A stretch of DNA of 63,755 nucleotides, counting the filler, from Octopus bimaculoides (taxonomy: Eukaryota), in NCBI RefSeq assembly GCF_001194135.2. It is 7 parts of 7 records of this genome, joined end to end, with 100 filler letters (N's around TTAATTAATTAA, not from the genome) between each part and the next. Parts side by side here need not be neighbours in the genome. Positions count along the whole stretch, not along the records: positions 61,790 to 63,755 come from NC_068981.1; 6 more parts are not named here. One strand, given 5' to 3'. Under the pieces are notes generated by a model that worked only from the letters and a program-made list of their open reading frames with translations, had not been told where the DNA came from and did no database searches. Of the stretch, positions 62,004-63,755 are shown piece by piece (the stretch's first letter is position 1; each line of letters opens with the position of its first letter). A program made the position numbers and the translations under genes.

Positions 62004-62297
62004 TATATATATATAAATATATATATAGTTATGCTATATTCCGTTAGGAAGGCAGTAGAGTACAGTACAGAGTTCATCCACCTTCAGAATTACCCAGTAG
62101 TATTGGTGGTAGTATTATTATATACTTCCAAGTTTAAATTTGGGCATTCATCATGTGTGAATATAATATTGAAGAAATCGAAGTCAATTCCTACAATTGT
62201 TGTGTCGAAACAAGTGTAGCGAATAATAAACAAATGTCCAACTGTACTCTTTCTTCTTGACTCCAATTTCTTCAATTATATATATATATATATATAT

Positions 62298-62535
62298 CAT
62301 CATCATCATCATCATCGTTTAACGTCTGTTTTCTATACTAGCATGGGTTGGACAGTTCGACCGGGGTCTGAGAAGCCAAGAGGCTGCACCAGGCTCCAGC
62401 TTGATCTGGCAGTGCTTCTACAGCTGGTTGCCCTTCCTAACACCAACCACTTCGTGAGTGTAGTAAGTGATTTTTATGTGCCACCGGCACAGGGGCCAGA
62501 GGAGGCTGGCAACGGCCACGATCGGTTGGTGCTTG
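62298..62535 (-). mobile_element. RTE 3'-tail repeat
   Basis: (CAT)n gtttaacgtctgttttctatactagcatgggttggac...gcccttcctaacaccaaccacttcg. Confidence 0.8.
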
Positions 62536-63755
62536 TGAGAGTATGTGGTTATGTATGTGTGTTTAGCACCAAAAAGGCTCAGAAACAGTGTATTTGCAAG
62601 AAAAACAAATTTGATTTTCAAAATTTGCATCCCAAAGACAATGTCATCTGTATATAATAAAAAAGAAAAAAAATTTGCTTCAAGAAATAACTCCACTTTT
62701 AGATCGACAACTCTCCTACTCTCTAACTGTCTCCATGAATCTATCTCTCTCTATTATTTATCACACACTTTATTACTCTCTCTGTATGTGTATTATCTAT
62801 CATACATTGGTTTCATTTTGTTTAAAACTTTGTCTTCCAATGTTTATTTACATTTTATCACAACTATTACACACAAATCTTGTTTTCTGATTGGGTAAAA
62901 ATGATCAAACTTTAAATCTCTGTTTCTAACATTTTTTCCGGAATAAATGAATCACACTCTTGGATTCAGCATGAAAAAGTACATCAATATACCAAATTTG
63001 AAAATTTTCAAAATCTGTAGCAGCTACACAGAAAAGGTGTCTATCTCTTTCATTTTTCACTTTTCTCATGGTAAACTGTCTTCTCTTGATACATCTTTAC
63101 CACGCTCTCTCTCTCAATCTGTATAAAAGTATATTATATTCATGCTGTATGCATGTGTGTAAGGATTTTTATTAGGGTGACAGATTGATTTAAAGAAGGA
63201 TCTAAATGATAATCTATTTCAGTAGCATACTTTTCTGTTAGTAGATATGTTTTTCTTACACACACACACACACACACTTACTTGGTGGTGGAAGATTAAA
63301 AATTCAAATTACAAAATTTTTGTTGTTGTTGCTTAAATCCCATCAGCCAGATCATCATTCCATAAAATGTGTTTATGAGGAGAAATACATGTCAGAGTGA
63401 CAAAGAAACAATGAAGGTATCAAGTGGTCATTGGATATGCAAGAAGCAACAGCTAAGTCTCCCTCAAATCGCACACCTTTTCATCTGAAAATTATTTTGA
63501 AATTTTAAACAGAAATAAATTGCAGATTTGAGCTGTTCGTATTTTCAAACTAAGATTTAAAAAAATAGCATTTATGGGTGTGGGGATGGAGTTAATGGAA
63601 AATTTAAAAAGATTTCACTATTGTTTTTGGATTACGTTTCATTTTCTGTTTGAAAATAAAAGAAGTGGAGATTGTGATGGTGATCGCTGATTTCCAAATT
63701 TCTTTTTTTTAACCTTCAAGGTTTCTCCTATCCTTTTTAAATACGTAGTACAAGA

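Noticed and set aside
1951-62898. Most ORFs in the supplied track (poly-YI, VC, HT, SL, H/P/V/M and X runs)
   Set aside because: They are translations of microsatellites or N gaps, not genes.

Overview
Eukaryotic, AT-rich, microsatellite-saturated draft-assembly DNA. The protocadherin sequences and the SINE/RTE repeat landscape point to an octopus genome (inferred, not database-checked). Six 100-bp N44-TTAATTAATTAA-N44 pads show the window is stitched from at least seven pieces, so order across pads is unproven. Host genes: a protocadherin ectodomain exon (17040-18127; signal peptide, EC1-EC3, start of EC4, cut by a gap), a near-identical paralog start (19359-19556), and a candidate two-exon cytoplasmic tail with a YEEI motif (9221-9609). 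The rest is transposon debris: a hATm-like transposase relic, two Tc1/mariner relics, several RTE LINE fragments, at least three SINE families, a 91-bp mini-Helitron, and a Penelope GIY-YIG relic. The most interesting signal, invisible to the ORF track, is a set of about seven type I hammerhead-ribozyme motifs from several Penelope-like pLTR families. They have palindromic (dimer-type) helix III, often a non-Watson-Crick 10.1/11.1 pair or a U4 variant, and some sit in long inverted repeats. One locus has two identical ribozymes head-to-head in a 52-bp perfect palindrome (56163-56371). Almost all other ORFs in the track are microsatellite or N artefacts.
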